From positions 1 to 64,000 of the forward strand of contig NIVC01003038.1 of the NCBI GenBank assembly GCA_002269645.1: a stretch of 64,000 bases of DNA, in the 5' to 3' direction. Positions within the stretch are counted from its first letter, which is position 1, and every line of letters begins with the position of its first letter. This DNA comes from Macrostomum lignano. Its lineage: Eukaryota. Below are positions 36,409 to 50,287 of this stretch, piece after piece. The notes under the pieces are model-generated. The model ran no database searches, was not told the DNA's origin, and worked only from the letters and a program-made list of their open reading frames with translations. A program made the translations under genes and the position numbers.

Positions 36409-36875
36409 CTTAGAAACGGCCTTGGCTCTCAGAATGGCAGGTACCCTATTCGAATACTGCTGAAACGCTGAGTACTCCCTCCAGATTTCCAGCCTCAAGC
36501 TGCGCCACAGAGTGTCGAGCTCCGAGAAGGCGGTGGCTCTCTTTGAGCGAACCGTTTTGCACGCGTCCAGCAGCTGCTGCAGCTCTGCCATCTCCCGTGG
36601 TTCGAGGTGCAACTCCACGCTCTTGTCGACATCCTCGCGAATCACTCGACAGTAGAAGTCGTTCAGTGCGGCCGTCTGGAACTCCGTCAGGTGAGCAAAT
36701 CTGGCGTCCGCCTGTTTCTGCAGACTGCGCAGGTACAGCAGCACGTGACCCAGCACCTGCCTACTGACCCAGGCCGCTGCTTCCGTCACGTTTGATTGGG
36801 AAAAATTCCCAACTGGAATTGGGGGGAGGCGAAGCTCTGGCGTGTCATTCAGAATGCATTCGGGTATTTCATTAT
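36409..36875 (-). CDS. Putative GPCR ectodomain exon 2 (helical, N-glycosylation sequons, RSKR site)
   Basis: Acceptor TTTTAG (phase 1), donor AAG|GTTTGC (phase 0); open frame DNEIPECILNDT..LRAKAVSK with GC-rich coding-like composition. Confidence 0.65.
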
Positions 36876-37158
36876 CTAAAACTTTAAGCAAAGATCTATT
36901 TATACATCATTACAGATCTATAGATACACCATGCAGATCTATAGATACACCATTACAGATCTATAGATATGCCTATATAGATCTATATTGATGCCATTGC
37001 TGATCTATTGAGATTCTATTACAGAACTATAGGCATGCCATTGCTGATCTATAGATATGCAATTACAGATTAGTTCACAAGCCATAAAAAATCTACTGGT
37101 TCGGCCGATGATCCACTGGTATTAAAAAACAGAAGCTCTCAAACTCCAGCGCGCTCAC

Positions 37159-37956
37159 CGGAAGTTCGGCATTCCAACGGCGTGCCAGTTCCGGTCTTGG
37201 CCGCCATTCTGGGCATCCGATCCCAAGCCAACTTAGAAAGTTCCGTATAGTTGGTTACTATGGCAACCAAACTGTCCGGATTTGGCCGGCTCGGCCAGGC
37301 GTGCAGAATGGCGTCAGTTTGGCCCACGGTGGCCGCCACAATCCGCCTTGCGGAGTCCAGCAGCCTCCGAGCTGCATCGGCCAACTCGCGCCAAGTTCCG
37401 CTGCTGCACCCGGCGCCAGCCAATCCGGTTAGCAACCGGTATCTACCACCGGTAGTTGACAGGTAACCTGGATATCCGGTAGCCTGCTGGCCGGCAGAAT
37501 CTCGCTTGGCCATGAATTCAAGAAACTCGTCCACCACCGGTTGAAGCTGAGGATGGCGGTGCAGCAGCTCGGCCCGGAGCCGCGGTCGGACGGTCAGGTG
37601 TCGATAGACCCGGTGGTAGAGCTCCAGGTCCTCCAGGTAGGCCACCAGGTTGTCCAGGGCCTCCTCCCAGTTCCAGCGGCTGTAGTAGGACGAACCGTCG
37701 TACTGGAAGGTGCCACCGAACCTGGCCACGAGGCGCCAGTTGTTGGCGAAGAACTGCAGAAATCCGCTGTACTTCACCGAGGCGAAGGCCCACTCGTGGC
37801 GTCGGTATTGAAAATTCAGCGCGACAACTTGGTAGGCTTCTAGGAGAATGCTCTGGTTGCTGCTTGGCGTTGCTGACGGCGGGGCAGCAGTGCCGTTGCC
37901 CGGCTGACCAGAGCTCCCGGCAGCATCAGCAGGGCTAATAACAGCGGTCCAGGCAT
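37159..37956 (-). CDS. Putative GPCR exon 1 (signal peptide + ectodomain; needs one extra base in the run at 37881-37884)
   Basis: MPGPLLLALLMLPGALVSRA signal peptide one frame away from a long open frame (..SNQSILLEAYQVVALNF..WNWEEALDNL..LECRTS); donor G|GTGAGC, phase 1. Confidence 0.62.
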
Positions 37957-38781
37957 GCTGAGCAGTCAGCTGTCAAAGTCCGCTAAGTAAGATGGCGGAG
38001 GCTGAGCCCAGCACTCAGCTCCGTTTGCTTTTATCTTGTCCTCTTTTCTGAGGAAGGCCAACTCACCTCCCAGCCGCTCAGCGAATCCTCACAATCCCCA
38101 TCCCATCCTGCATGGCAGTTCGTCCCTCAGCCGCCATGGATTACTAACCCCAGGTGTCCGGAGAGGAAGTTTCCTCATTTTGCTAGAAGCGAAATAAATA
38201 ATTCAGAAAGTTGAAAGTCAATAAACTGAGCACCCGAGAGTCCAGATATTTCACCTTTCCTGTTGAACTAAGTCGCCAATAGTCTGCCCGATCCACCTTC
38301 AAAACTATTGCGGAGTGTTCACTTTTTTTGGATCCGTTTTCAACCTCTCCAGACTTCTCCAGCACTCCATGGCTCGCGGGTCGCTTCCTCATCTTCCCCC
38401 AATCGTCCCCTCTCAGATGGCCCCTAATGTGAGCAGTTCCTCCGACCGTCTCCGCAGCTTCTTTTCAGGCTGCTGCTTTTGCTTTTGCTCTTCCCTTCAG
38501 TTTCTTTTTCTGTTTGCAGCCGCCCAGCCAGCCCAGGAGGCGCCGCCCTCCAGCCTCTGAGACTGCATCACAAGAGGAGAAGCCAAAGTCAGGGCTGGGT
38601 GTGGAATCTTCAGCTTGGTTGCCTGATGATGGGGGGATGCTGGGGCGTCCTTTAATTGCCGTTCTTATTTATTTGCCTGTCCGCTTTCTTCAGACCGGCT
38701 TTCTGGCCGGATTTGGGCGTTGTTTGGAAATTTCTGACTGCTGAATACTGGAGTAAGGCCGGCTGGGACAGAAATATATAA

Positions 38782-40552
38782 AGACAGACACTGAGACAGG
38801 CACTAGGACAGACACTAAGACAGGCACTAGGACAGACACTAAGACAGGCACTAGGACAGACACTAAGACAGGCACTAGGACAGACACTAGGACAGACACT
38901 AAGACAGACACTAAGACAGACACTAGGACAGACACTAAGACAGGCACTAGGACAGACACTAAGACAGACACTAAGACAGGCACCAAGACAGGCACTAAGA
39001 CAGGCACTAGGACAGGCACTAGGACAGACACTAGGACAGGTACTAAGACAGACACTAATACAGGCACTAAGACAGACACTAAGACAGACACTAGGACAGA
39101 CACCAGGACAGACACTAGGACAGACACTAAGACAGGCACTAAGACAGGCACTAAGACACACACTAAGACAGGCACTAAGACAGACACTAGGACAGACACT
39201 AGGACAGGCACTAGGACAGGTACTAAGACAGGTACTAAGACAGACACTAATACAGGCACTAGGACAGACACTAAGACAGGCACTAGGACAGACACTAAGA
39301 CAGGCACTAAGACAGACACTAGGACAGACACTAAGACAGACACTAAGACAGGCACCAAGACAGGCACTAAGACAGGCACTAGGACAGACACTAAGACAGA
39401 CACTAAGACAGGCACCAAGACAGGCACTAGGACAGACACTAGGACAGGTACTAAGACAGACACTAATACAGGCACTAAGACAGACTCTAAGACAGACACT
39501 AGGACAGACACCAGGACAGACACTAGGACAGACACTAAGACAGGCACTAAGACAGGCACTAAGACACACTAAGACAGGCACTAAGACAGACACTAGGACA
39601 GACACCAGGACAGGCACTAGGGCAGACACTAAGACAGGCACTAGGACAGGCACTAAGACAGACACTAGGACACACACTAGGACAGGCACTAGGACACACA
39701 CTAGGACAGACACTAAGACAGACACTAAGACAGGCATTAGGACCGACACTAGGACAGACACTAAGACAGGCACTAAGACAGACACTAAGACAGACACTAA
39801 GACAGGCACTAAGACAGACACTAAGACAGACACTAGGACAGACACCAGGACAGACACTAGGACAGACACTAAGACAGGCACTAAGACAGGCACTAAGACA
39901 CACACTAAGACAGGCACTAGGACAGACACTAGGACAGGCACTAGGACACACACTAGGACAGGCACTAAGACAGGCACTAAGACAGGCACTAGGACACACA
40001 CTAAGACAGGCACTAAGACAGGCACTAAGACAGGCACTAAGACAGGCACTAGGACACACACTAAGACAGGCACTAAGACAGGCACCAAGACAGGCACTAA
40101 GACACACACTAGGACAGGCACTAAGACAGGCACTAAGACAGGCACTAGGACACACACTAGGACAGGCACTAAGACAGGCACTAAGACAGGCACTAGGACA
40201 CACACTAAGACAGACACTAGGACAGGCACTAAGACAGACACTAAGACAGACACTAGGACAGGCACTAGGACAGGCACTAAGACAGACACTAAGACAGGCA
40301 CTAAGACAGACACTAGGACAGGCACTAGGACAGGCACTAAGACAGGCACTAAGACAGACACTAGGACAGGCACTAGGACAGGCACTAAGACAGGCACTAA
40401 GGCAGGCACTAAGACAGACACTAAGACAGGCACTAAGACAGACACTAGGACAGGCACTAGGACAGGCACTAAGACAGGCACTAAGACAGACACTAGGACA
40501 CACACTAGGACACACACTAAGACAGACACTAGGACAGGCACTAAGACAGACA
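38782..40552. repeat. 12-bp minisatellite (GACAGRCACTAR)
   Basis: About 1.8 kb of interspersed variants. Confidence 0.97.
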
Positions 40553-41259
40553 CATTGGAGACAACTGGAATGCAACAAAGATCACACCAAGTGCTTGATT
40601 CAGCCATTCAGTCATTAATTCAAGAAGATGTACTTTTCAGAAATCAAAAGTCGCACTGCGCCGCCATCAGGAATGCCAGGCTCAGCGGGAGTGCAAGCCT
40701 CGCCCTCAGCAAAGTCGCCAAGCTGATTAATCCAATGTCCGATTACAAAAAAGGCGGATCAGAACGTAGGAGGGCATTGGGGAATCGGGGAGGGGAGAAT
40801 TATCCCCATTCGCACAAGGGCCACGCCCTGAGCGCGGATTTGCTTTGCTCTGCCCCCGCTCATCCTGCATCCGGAGAGGCGAACGGTTCTCGTCCAGTTG
40901 ACAGCCTGTGCTGCAGTGCTTCCCCGCTAGTGCGGCGGGATCTGCCCCAGGATTCCTTTCTCTGCCGTTTCTTGTCTACTAGTGGAAGCCAGTAAAAGAA
41001 TCTGACCCAGTTTCCAGTGCCAGTTACCAGTAAAGACAGCCAAGATTGAAATTCTCCCAACCATGAATTCGCCGCGTGAAAAATGCAATCCTTCACTGTG
41101 GGGTGCAATTAATCCTTTGCGATCATTCGCCTTCGAACACCTGCCTTCCAGCCGCTGTGCTTCTGCGCTCCGTGCCGCTCTGCCTTTTTGCATCCATACT
41201 TGCCATCTGCAGCCGCTTCTGCTTCATCCAATTACTAATTCTTTAATTAACTTCCCGTT

Positions 41260-41508
41260 TCCCTACTCCCTGTGCCCTACTCCCTTACTCCCCTCCCCCT
41301 ACTCCCCTCTCCCTACTCCCCTCTTCCTAATCCCTACTCCCTACTCCCCTCTCCCTACTCCCCTCTCCCTACTCCCCTCTCCCTACTCCCCTCTTCCTAC
41401 TCCCTACTCCCTACTCCCCACTCCCTACTCCCCACTCCCTACTCCCCTCTCCCTACTCCCCTCCCCCTACTCCCCTCTCCCACTCCTTACTCCCTACTCC
41501 CTATTCCC
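41260..41508. repeat. CT-rich 7-bp-based repeat (CTCCCTA)
   Basis: Direct reading. Confidence 0.9.
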
Positions 41509-41959
41509 AAATATCTATACTGCCTACTTTTGTACAACTTTTACAACTTTTGAAGTTGTTTGAGAGCGGCAGCACAAGCCATCAGTCAGGACTGCGGTAC
41601 CACGCAATATTTTAAGCCCTTTAAAAGCAATTATACAGACAGACGGCAACACAACAGCTTCCATCCACGTCAGTCTTTTAGAAACTCTTGAGTTAAATTC
41701 CTCCACAACTCCGCTTCATTGATTTTTTTAACAATGAGTTTTTTTACCGTAGCCTCAAGCTCACTGCCTTCACACCTCAGCGGACCAATAAACAAATGAG
41801 GTGCAATTGCTGTTGGCTGGCCGTCAGCTGAGTTCTGAGACTGTCGCTGACTCAGTTCTAACTTTTGGGGGGACAAAGAGAGAGGGGAGATGCAATGCAG
41901 GTGACTCCAGCAACCCTTCGAGTGACCTTTCCAGCTCAGAAAACTTAGAGCAATTTAGA

Positions 41960-44188
41960 TTGTCAGGTGTGCCCTTTGTCAGTGTCAGGTGTGCCAGTTG
42001 TCAGTGTCAGGTGTGCCCTTTGTCAGTGTCAGGTGTGCCAGTTGTCAGTGTCAGGTGTGCCCTTTGTCAGTGTCAGGTGTGCCAGTTGTCAGTGTCAGGT
42101 GTGCCAGTTGTCAGTGTCAGGTGTGCCAGTTGTCAGTGTCAGGTGTGCCAGTTGTCAGTGTCAGGTGTGCCAGTTGTCAGTGTCAGGTGTGCCAGTTGTC
42201 AGTGTCAGGTGTGTCATTTGTCAGTGTCAGGTGTGTCATTTGTCAGTGTCAGGTGTGCCAGTTGTCAGTGTCAGGTGTGCCAGTTGTCAGTGTCAGGTGT
42301 GCCCTTTGTCAGTGTCAGGTGTGCCAGTTGTCAGTGCCAGGTGTGTCATTTGTCAGTGTCAGGTGTGTCATTTGTCAGTGTCAGGTGTGCCAGTTGTCAG
42401 TGTTAGGTGTGCCAGTTGTCAGTGTCAGGTGTGCCAGTTGTCAGTGTCAGGTGTGCCCTTTGTCAGTGTCAGGTGTGCCAGTTGTCAGTGTCAGGTGTGC
42501 CAGTTGTCAGTGTCAGGTGTGCCAGTTGTCAGTGTCAGGTGTGCCCTTTGTCAGTGTCAGGTGTGCCAGTTGTCAGTGTCAGGTGTGTCATTTGTCAGTG
42601 TCAGGTGTGCCAGTGGTCAGTGTCAGGTGTGCCAGTTGTCAGTGTCAGGTGTGTCATTTGTCAGTGTCAGGTGTGTCATTTGTCAGTGTCAGGTGTGCCA
42701 GTTGTCAGTGTCAGGTGTGACCTTTGTCAGCGTCAGGTGTGCCCTTTGTCAGTGTCAGGTGTGCCAGTTGTCAGTGTCAGGTGTGTCATTTGTCAGTGTC
42801 AGGTGTGTCATTTGTCAGTGTCAGGTGTGTCATTTGTCAGTGTCAGGTGTGTCATTTGTCAGTGTCAGGTGTGTCATTTGTCAGTGTCAGGTGTGCCAGT
42901 TGTCAGTGTCAGGTGTGCCAGTTGTCAGTGTCAGGTGTGCCAGTTGTCAGTGTCAGGTGTGCCCTTTGTCAGCGTCAGGTGTGCCCTTTGTCAGTGTCAG
43001 GTGTGCCAGTTGTCAGTGTCAGGTGTGCCCTTTGTCAGTGTCAGGTGTGCCAGTTGTCAGTGTCAGGTGTGCCCTTTGTCAGTGTCAGGTGTGCCAGTTG
43101 TCAGTGTCAGGTGTGCCCTTTGTCAGCGTCAGGTGTGCCCTTTGTCAGTGTCAGGTGTGCCAGTTGTCAGTGTCAGGTGTGCCAGTTGTCAGCGTCAGGT
43201 GTGCCCTTTGTCAGTGTCAGGTGTGCCAGTTGTCAGTGTCAGGTGTGTCATTTGTCAGTGTCAGGTGTGTCATTTGTCAGTGTCAGGTGTGCCAGTTGTC
43301 AGTGTCAGGTGTGCCAGTTGTCAGTGTCAGGTGTGCCCTTTGTCAGTGTCAGGTGTGCCAGTTGTCAGTGTCAGGTGTGTCATTTGTCAGTGTCAGGTGT
43401 GTCATTTGTCAGTGTCAGGTGTGCCAGTTGTCAGTGTCAGGTGTGACCTTTGTCAGCGTCAGGTGTGCCCTTTGTCAGTGTCAGGTGTGCCAGTTGTCAG
43501 TGTCAGGTGTGTCATTTGTCAGTGTCAGGTGTGTCATTTGTCAGTGTCAGGTGTGTCATTTGTCAGTGTCAGGTGTGTCATTTGTCAGTGTCAGGTGTGT
43601 CATTTGTCAGTGTCAGGTGTGCCAGTTGTCAGTGTCAGGTGTGCCAGTTGTCAGTGTCAGGTGTGCCAGTTGTCAGTGTCAGGTGTGCCCTTTGTCAGCG
43701 TCAGGTGTGCCCTTTGTCAGTGTCAGGTGTGCCAGTTGTCAGTGTCAGGTGTGCCCTTTGTCAGTGTCAGGTGTGCCAGTTGTCAGTGTCAGGTGTGCCA
43801 GTAGTCAGTGTCAGGTGTGCCAGTTGTCAGTGTCAGGTGTGCCCTTTGTCAGTGTCAGGTGTGCCAGTTGTCAGTGCCAGGTGTGTCATTTGTCAGTGTC
43901 AGGTGTGTCATTTGTCAGTGTCAGGTGTGCCAGTTGTCAGTGTTAGGTGTGCCAGTTGTCAGTGTCAGGTGTGCCAGTTGTCAGTGTCAGGTGTGCCCTT
44001 TGTCAGTGTCAGGTGTGCCAGTTGTCAGTGTCAGGTGTGCCAGTTGTCAGTGTCAGGTGTGCCAGTTGTCAGTGTCAGGTGTGCCCTTTGTCAGTGTCAG
44101 GTGTGCCAGTTGTCAGTGTCAGGTGTGTCATTTGTCAGTGTCAGGTGTGCCAGTGGTCAGTGTCAGGTGTGTCATTAGTCAGTGTCAG
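41960..44188. repeat. 22-bp satellite (GTCAGTGTCAGGTGTG-CCAGTT/CCCTTT/TCATTT) with higher-order structure
   Basis: About 100 monomers of three main variants; rare variants recur at 726-bp and 1540-bp spacing. Confidence 0.97.
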
Positions 44189-44695
44189 ATTGCGCAAACA
44201 TTTTTGGAGTGTCAGGAATGCCACTGCGAGTTGTCAGGTTCGCCCCCTCCCAATTAAAAAGCCAGAGCTGAGTTGTGCTCAAGCCTGAGTGCTCAGAATT
44301 AACCAGCCGGGGAGCTCAGCTGCAACTTAATACCCTCTCAGTTGCAATTCAGCACAGAAGAGGTGTTGGATTTTCTGTTGCTTGCAACCTCAAAGCTTCA
44401 GACAGCACAAAGGAACTGACACTGACTACAAAAGGGGATTGGCGTCCCAATTTTCCTTGTTTGCTTGATGGGGTCACAGCTGGGTGCCAAGCATTGATGC
44501 AGTGAGTCAGTCCGGCTCTCGGCTGGATCGCACCTGCACCTCATCCCGTGTCCCAATTGTTAACAGCTGGGAGATCGTTTTCCTGGGATGAATTTTTAGG
44601 GGATGCAATTTGTGTCAGAAATGTCTACAATTCAGTGTCTCAGGGCTCTAGGAAAATTATTTCTGATTTCCTATTCAAAGCAGCTATACTCGTAG

Positions 44696-45120
44696 AATGA
44701 TTTCCGATTCGAAGCAATTACAGAATGATTCTAGGAAAATGATTTCCGATTCAAAGCAATTACAGAATGATTCTAGGAAAATGATTTCCGATTCACAGCA
44801 ACTACAGAATGATTCTAGGAAAATGATTTCCGATTCACAGCAACTGCAGAATGATTCTGGGAAAATGATTTCCGATTCACAGCAACTGCAGAATGATTCT
44901 GGGAAAATGATTTCCGATTCACAGCAACTGCAGAATGATTCTAGGAAAATGATTTCCGATTCAAACCAACTACAGAATGATTCTAGGAAAATGATTTCCG
45001 ATTCAAAGCAACTGCAGAATGATTCTAGGAAAATGAGTTCCGATTCAAAGCAACTGCAGAATGATTCTAGGAAAATGAGTTCCGATTCAAAGCAACTACA
45101 GAACGATTCTTGGAAAATGA
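44696..45120. repeat. 42-bp minisatellite (ATGATTTCCGATTCAMAGCAACTRCAGAATGATTCTAGGAAA)
   Basis: 10 copies. Confidence 0.95.
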
Positions 45121-45904
45121 CTAACGAGCTACTTCAGCACTACATTAAGATTAATCACTAATGAATAAAGATATGACGTCAGGAAGTTCAGTAACATATG
45201 TAATGCTAATACAGCCATATGCATATTCAGAACACTCAAGCATAGGCTAAATAACAAGGCTGCTTTTTCGGAGGGGGTGGCCGGGTTCTCAAGCATAGAC
45301 TTTATCATCAAAGGCGTTAATCCGCGCCCCGAAGAGCCTCAGGCTCCACGGATAATTGTCCACCCCCGAGTCGGCACCTGCTAGCAGACACGTCAGCCGT
45401 ATTAATTATCCTCAGCCGCTTACTTCCGCTGCAAACGGCGGCTTACCTTATATTTACGCAACTGGCGTTCAGCTAATTACTGGTGTGCAGCCTGGAGCAG
45501 CGGATTATGCTTATCGACACTCGCCCCCCCCCCCTCTCGAAGCACCTCCCGCAGCCGGCTCACAGCTCTAGAATAGGCGTGTCGGCCCCGACGCGGGTGT
45601 CCACTTATAGTTGCGTAAATAATTAAGCAAATTGCATTAGGCCTTGAGCTCAGCGTACTGAGTAGCTCGGGGGGGAGCGTTAAAGTGACCCCGCGGGCGT
45701 CTGCATGTGTTTGCGAAAAAAATTGTCTAAAGAAACGTCTGCCTGCTATTGCCGTTTGCAGGCTCTGGCATGGAGTACTAGAAGTAGCATCTGGACTGGA
45801 AGCTGACCTGAATGAGCCATTGAGTAGTTGTGACGGCTCGAAGTACCTCCTGAGTTCGATTCCGAGCGTGGCCACGCTCAGAAGTAAGCAGAATGGGCAT
45901 GGCT

Positions 45905-46808
<904 letters not shown>

Positions 46809-47299
46809 ATTCTGTAGTCTAGCTGTATAAGTCTCGATCTCCATGACTCCAACAGGCCGATCCCATTTCCCTGCAGCTGGGCTGACAGATTGCAAGAATT
46901 TCTTCCCCTCGAATTACGTAACGCGCCTCAGAAATCAACGGAGTGGAAATTTTTTTCGCCGCCCGAAGTCTGTCGGTAAACTCGGCGGGGGGTCTGTGCG
47001 AAAAAAAAGAAATTGCTCTTGCTTCGAGTTAATTCAAAACTGGACTAGGAGCGCCGGGCGACAGCAAGTGAGTGAGTGACATTTCGTGTATTCACTGAGC
47101 AGCTGCCCCGGAATCATGAAGCGCTGCGGTTTTATCGCTGGCTGAGTGAGAAATGCATCATTTCTCAGCCTGCTTTGTTTCGCTTGAGCTCATTCTGCGT
47201 CACTGAGGCTCTCCATCCTGTCTGCCTCTCTCTTTATCTCCTCATTTACCAACTCCCTCAACTGCCTGCCCACTGACTCTGAGCTCTGCTCGTCTCTTG

Positions 47300-47730
47300 C
47301 GATTCTCGTCCTCCCTCCCTCTCATGCTCATCTCCCCTCTCTTCTCGCTCTACTCTTCCCTCTCTTCCTCTCTCTCCCTCTCTTCCTCTCTCCCTCTCTC
47401 CCTCTCTCTCCCTCTCTCCCTCTCTCCCTCCCTCTCCCTCCCTCTCCCTCTCTCTCCCTCTCTCTCCCTCTCTCTCTCTCCCTCTCCCCCTCTCCCCCTC
47501 TCCCCTCTCCCCTCTCTCCCTCTCTCTCTCCCTCTCTCCCCCTCTCCCTCTCTCTCCCTCTCTCCCTCTCTTCCTCTCTCCCTCCCTCTCCCTCTCTCTC
47601 CCTCTCTCTCCCTCTCTCCCCCTCTCCCTCTCTCTCCCTCTCTTCCTCTCTCTCGCTCTCTCCCTCTTTCCCTCCCCCTCTCTCCCTCTTCCCCTCTCTC
47701 CCTCTCTTCCTCTCTCCCTCTCTCCTTTCC
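47300..47730. repeat. CT-rich low-complexity tract
   Basis: Direct reading. Confidence 0.92.
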
Positions 47731-48944
47731 TCAATCTCACCGTTCTCTTTTCCCTCTTAGCTTCACCAGGTTCCTTGGAACACCTCGAAGGAAAAAGTGC
47801 CTACCGAAACTGTGCATATTTCTTAATCCTGAGTTCAGCCAACTCCTCAAAGCTTCAGACGTTTCAGCCTCTCCTTAGCAAAGTACATTCCGTCATTTCA
47901 AATATTCTTACTTTTTTCTCAATCTATTCTGCGATACGCCTCAATTGTCCGGCCCACAACTGTCAGTCTGTCTGTCTGTCCAGCACATTCTAAATTCAGT
48001 CTTCCAAGAACTGCCCCACGGCTACAAACTGCTTGTCAGAAACTCTTCAGTTCCGCCTTATCTCAGTTTGAAATCCCGGCCCATGAGCTGGCAACACCCA
48101 TGGTTGGCCCACCGTGATTGATCCATCTCATCTCTCTCGCTGTGACTGGGCGTGACCAAGGATGCCTCTAGTTTGAAATCTGGACTGGCAGCGGAACTTT
48201 TCTCGGACTTGGTTTTCAGGGACTACTAAAACTTTTTGGAATGGAAGCTGAACCTTTGATTGTTCAGGGACGCCTAAAACCTCTCTGGATTGGAAGCTGA
48301 GCTACTATTTAATAAGGACTCCCAAAACTTCTCTGGACTGTAAATGAGAATAGAAAATTAGTTTACTTAGAAAAATGCAGAAATCAAGTTTGAGTCTGCA
48401 TCTGCAGTCTATATTGGATCATACCGGTATTTTAATTAAACTTCCAAAAAGTTCTAGAAAGATAGCTTTATTGCCTCCAGCCCAGACATTCTGATCAAGT
48501 CGTCCATGACGCGGAAAATAATGGGTGGGGATTTTTCACACAGTTCCCCGGCATTTATCCATCAGCTCGTGAAGGGGGCGGCGCGGGGCGCGGCAAGCAA
48601 TCGGAATTGATGGATTGCATTGTGGAGTGCCTCGACCGCTTATATTATTAAGCACTCCCTGAACTTCTGCCTCTGCAGCTCCTGTACCCATCCAGAGGTG
48701 ACCCCCAGATCCCACATTCCCCAGCCAAGTTTCAATAATATGGGCTAATGGCATTTTTATTCATAGGCAACCCCATTGAGAGCAATGACTGGCGGATATT
48801 GGCATCACCAGATAGTTATTGACTTTCGCTAAAGTTGCTGGGGTACTTCTCAGTCACTCTTCATCTGGGAGCTGAGTCTGACTAATGCTCTGATCACTTT
48901 TTTATGTCAGCTCAGCTTTCAGTATCTACTGATTATCGGTCATT

Positions 48945-49898
48945 TCAGGGTGCAGTTCAGGGTTCAGTTCAGGGTGCAGTTCAGTGTAGAGTTCAGGGTG
49001 CAGTTCAGGGTGCAGTTCAGTGTAGAGTTCAGGGTGCAGTTCAGGGTGCAGTTCAGGGTGCAGTTCAGGGTGCAGTTCAGGGTGCAGTTCAGGGTGCAGT
49101 TAAGGGTGCAGTTCAGGGTGCAGTTCAGGGTGCAGTTCATGGTGCAGTTCAGGGTGCAGTTCAGGGTGCAGTTCAGGGTGCAGTTCAGGGTGCAGTTCAG
49201 GGTGCAGTTCAGGGTGCAGTTCAGGGTGCAGTTCAGGGTGCAGTTCAGGGTGCAGTTCAGGGTGCAGTTCAGGGTGCAGTTCAGGGTGCAGTTCAGGGTG
49301 CAGTTCAGGGTGCAGTTCAGGGTGCAGTTCAGGGTGCAGTTCAGGGTGCAGTTCAGGGTGCAGTTCAGGGTGCAGTTCAGGGTGCAGTTCAGGGTGCAGT
49401 TCAGGGTGCAGTTCAGGGTGCAGTTCAGGGTGCAGTTCAGGGTGCAGTTAAGGGTGCAGTTCAGGGTGCAGTTCAGGGTGCAGTTCAGGGTGCAGTTCAG
49501 GGTGCAGTTCAGGGTGCAGTTCAGGGTGCAGTTCAGGGTGCAGTTCAGGGTGCAGTTCAGGGTGCAGTTCATGGTGCAGTTCAGGGTGCAGTTAAGGGTG
49601 CAGTTCAGGATGCAGTTCAGGGTGCAGTTAAGGGTGCAGTTCAGGATGCAGTTCAGGGTGCAGTTCAGGGTGCAGTTCAGGGTGCAGTTCAGGGTGCAGT
49701 TCAGGGTGCAGTTCAGGGTGCAGTTCAGGGTGCAGTTCAGGGTGCAGTTCAGGGTGCAGTTCAGGGTGCAGTTCATGGTGCAGTTCAGGGTGCAGTTCAG
49801 GGTGCAGTTCAGGGTGCAGTTCATGGTGCAGTTCAGGGTGCAGTTAAGGGTGCAGTTCAGGATGCAGTTCAGGGTGCAGTTCATGGTGCAGTTCAGGG
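48945..49898. repeat. 12-bp minisatellite (GGTGCAGTTCAG)
   Basis: About 78 copies. Confidence 0.97.
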
Positions 49899-50287
49899 TA
49901 AAGTCAATTAATAAATTCAAAATCAATTAAAGTTAAGTGGTCGGTATATTTCTATTTCGCTTTAAGCCTTTCGGTGAGTTCACATATGATTCACATAACT
50001 TTAAAAGCATAGTGACAGTTTGATCCGAACTAAATCTCAATTTAACAGTTGCGTACTGTCGCCGCCCAGACAGCCCATTCGTGAGCCATTAGTTAATGCC
50101 AATAATACGCTAGTAACATAAATTGTCCAAAGAGAAGCTCCCAGAAGAATGTCCAGTGAATTCAGACAACATGATGAACTAAATAGAGATTAGCGAAAAA
50201 ATTGATACTAAACCACTAAAACTAAAAAGTATCAGGCATTAAAAGCACAAAAATATAACTTTCTTAAAACTAATTTGACCTAAATCC

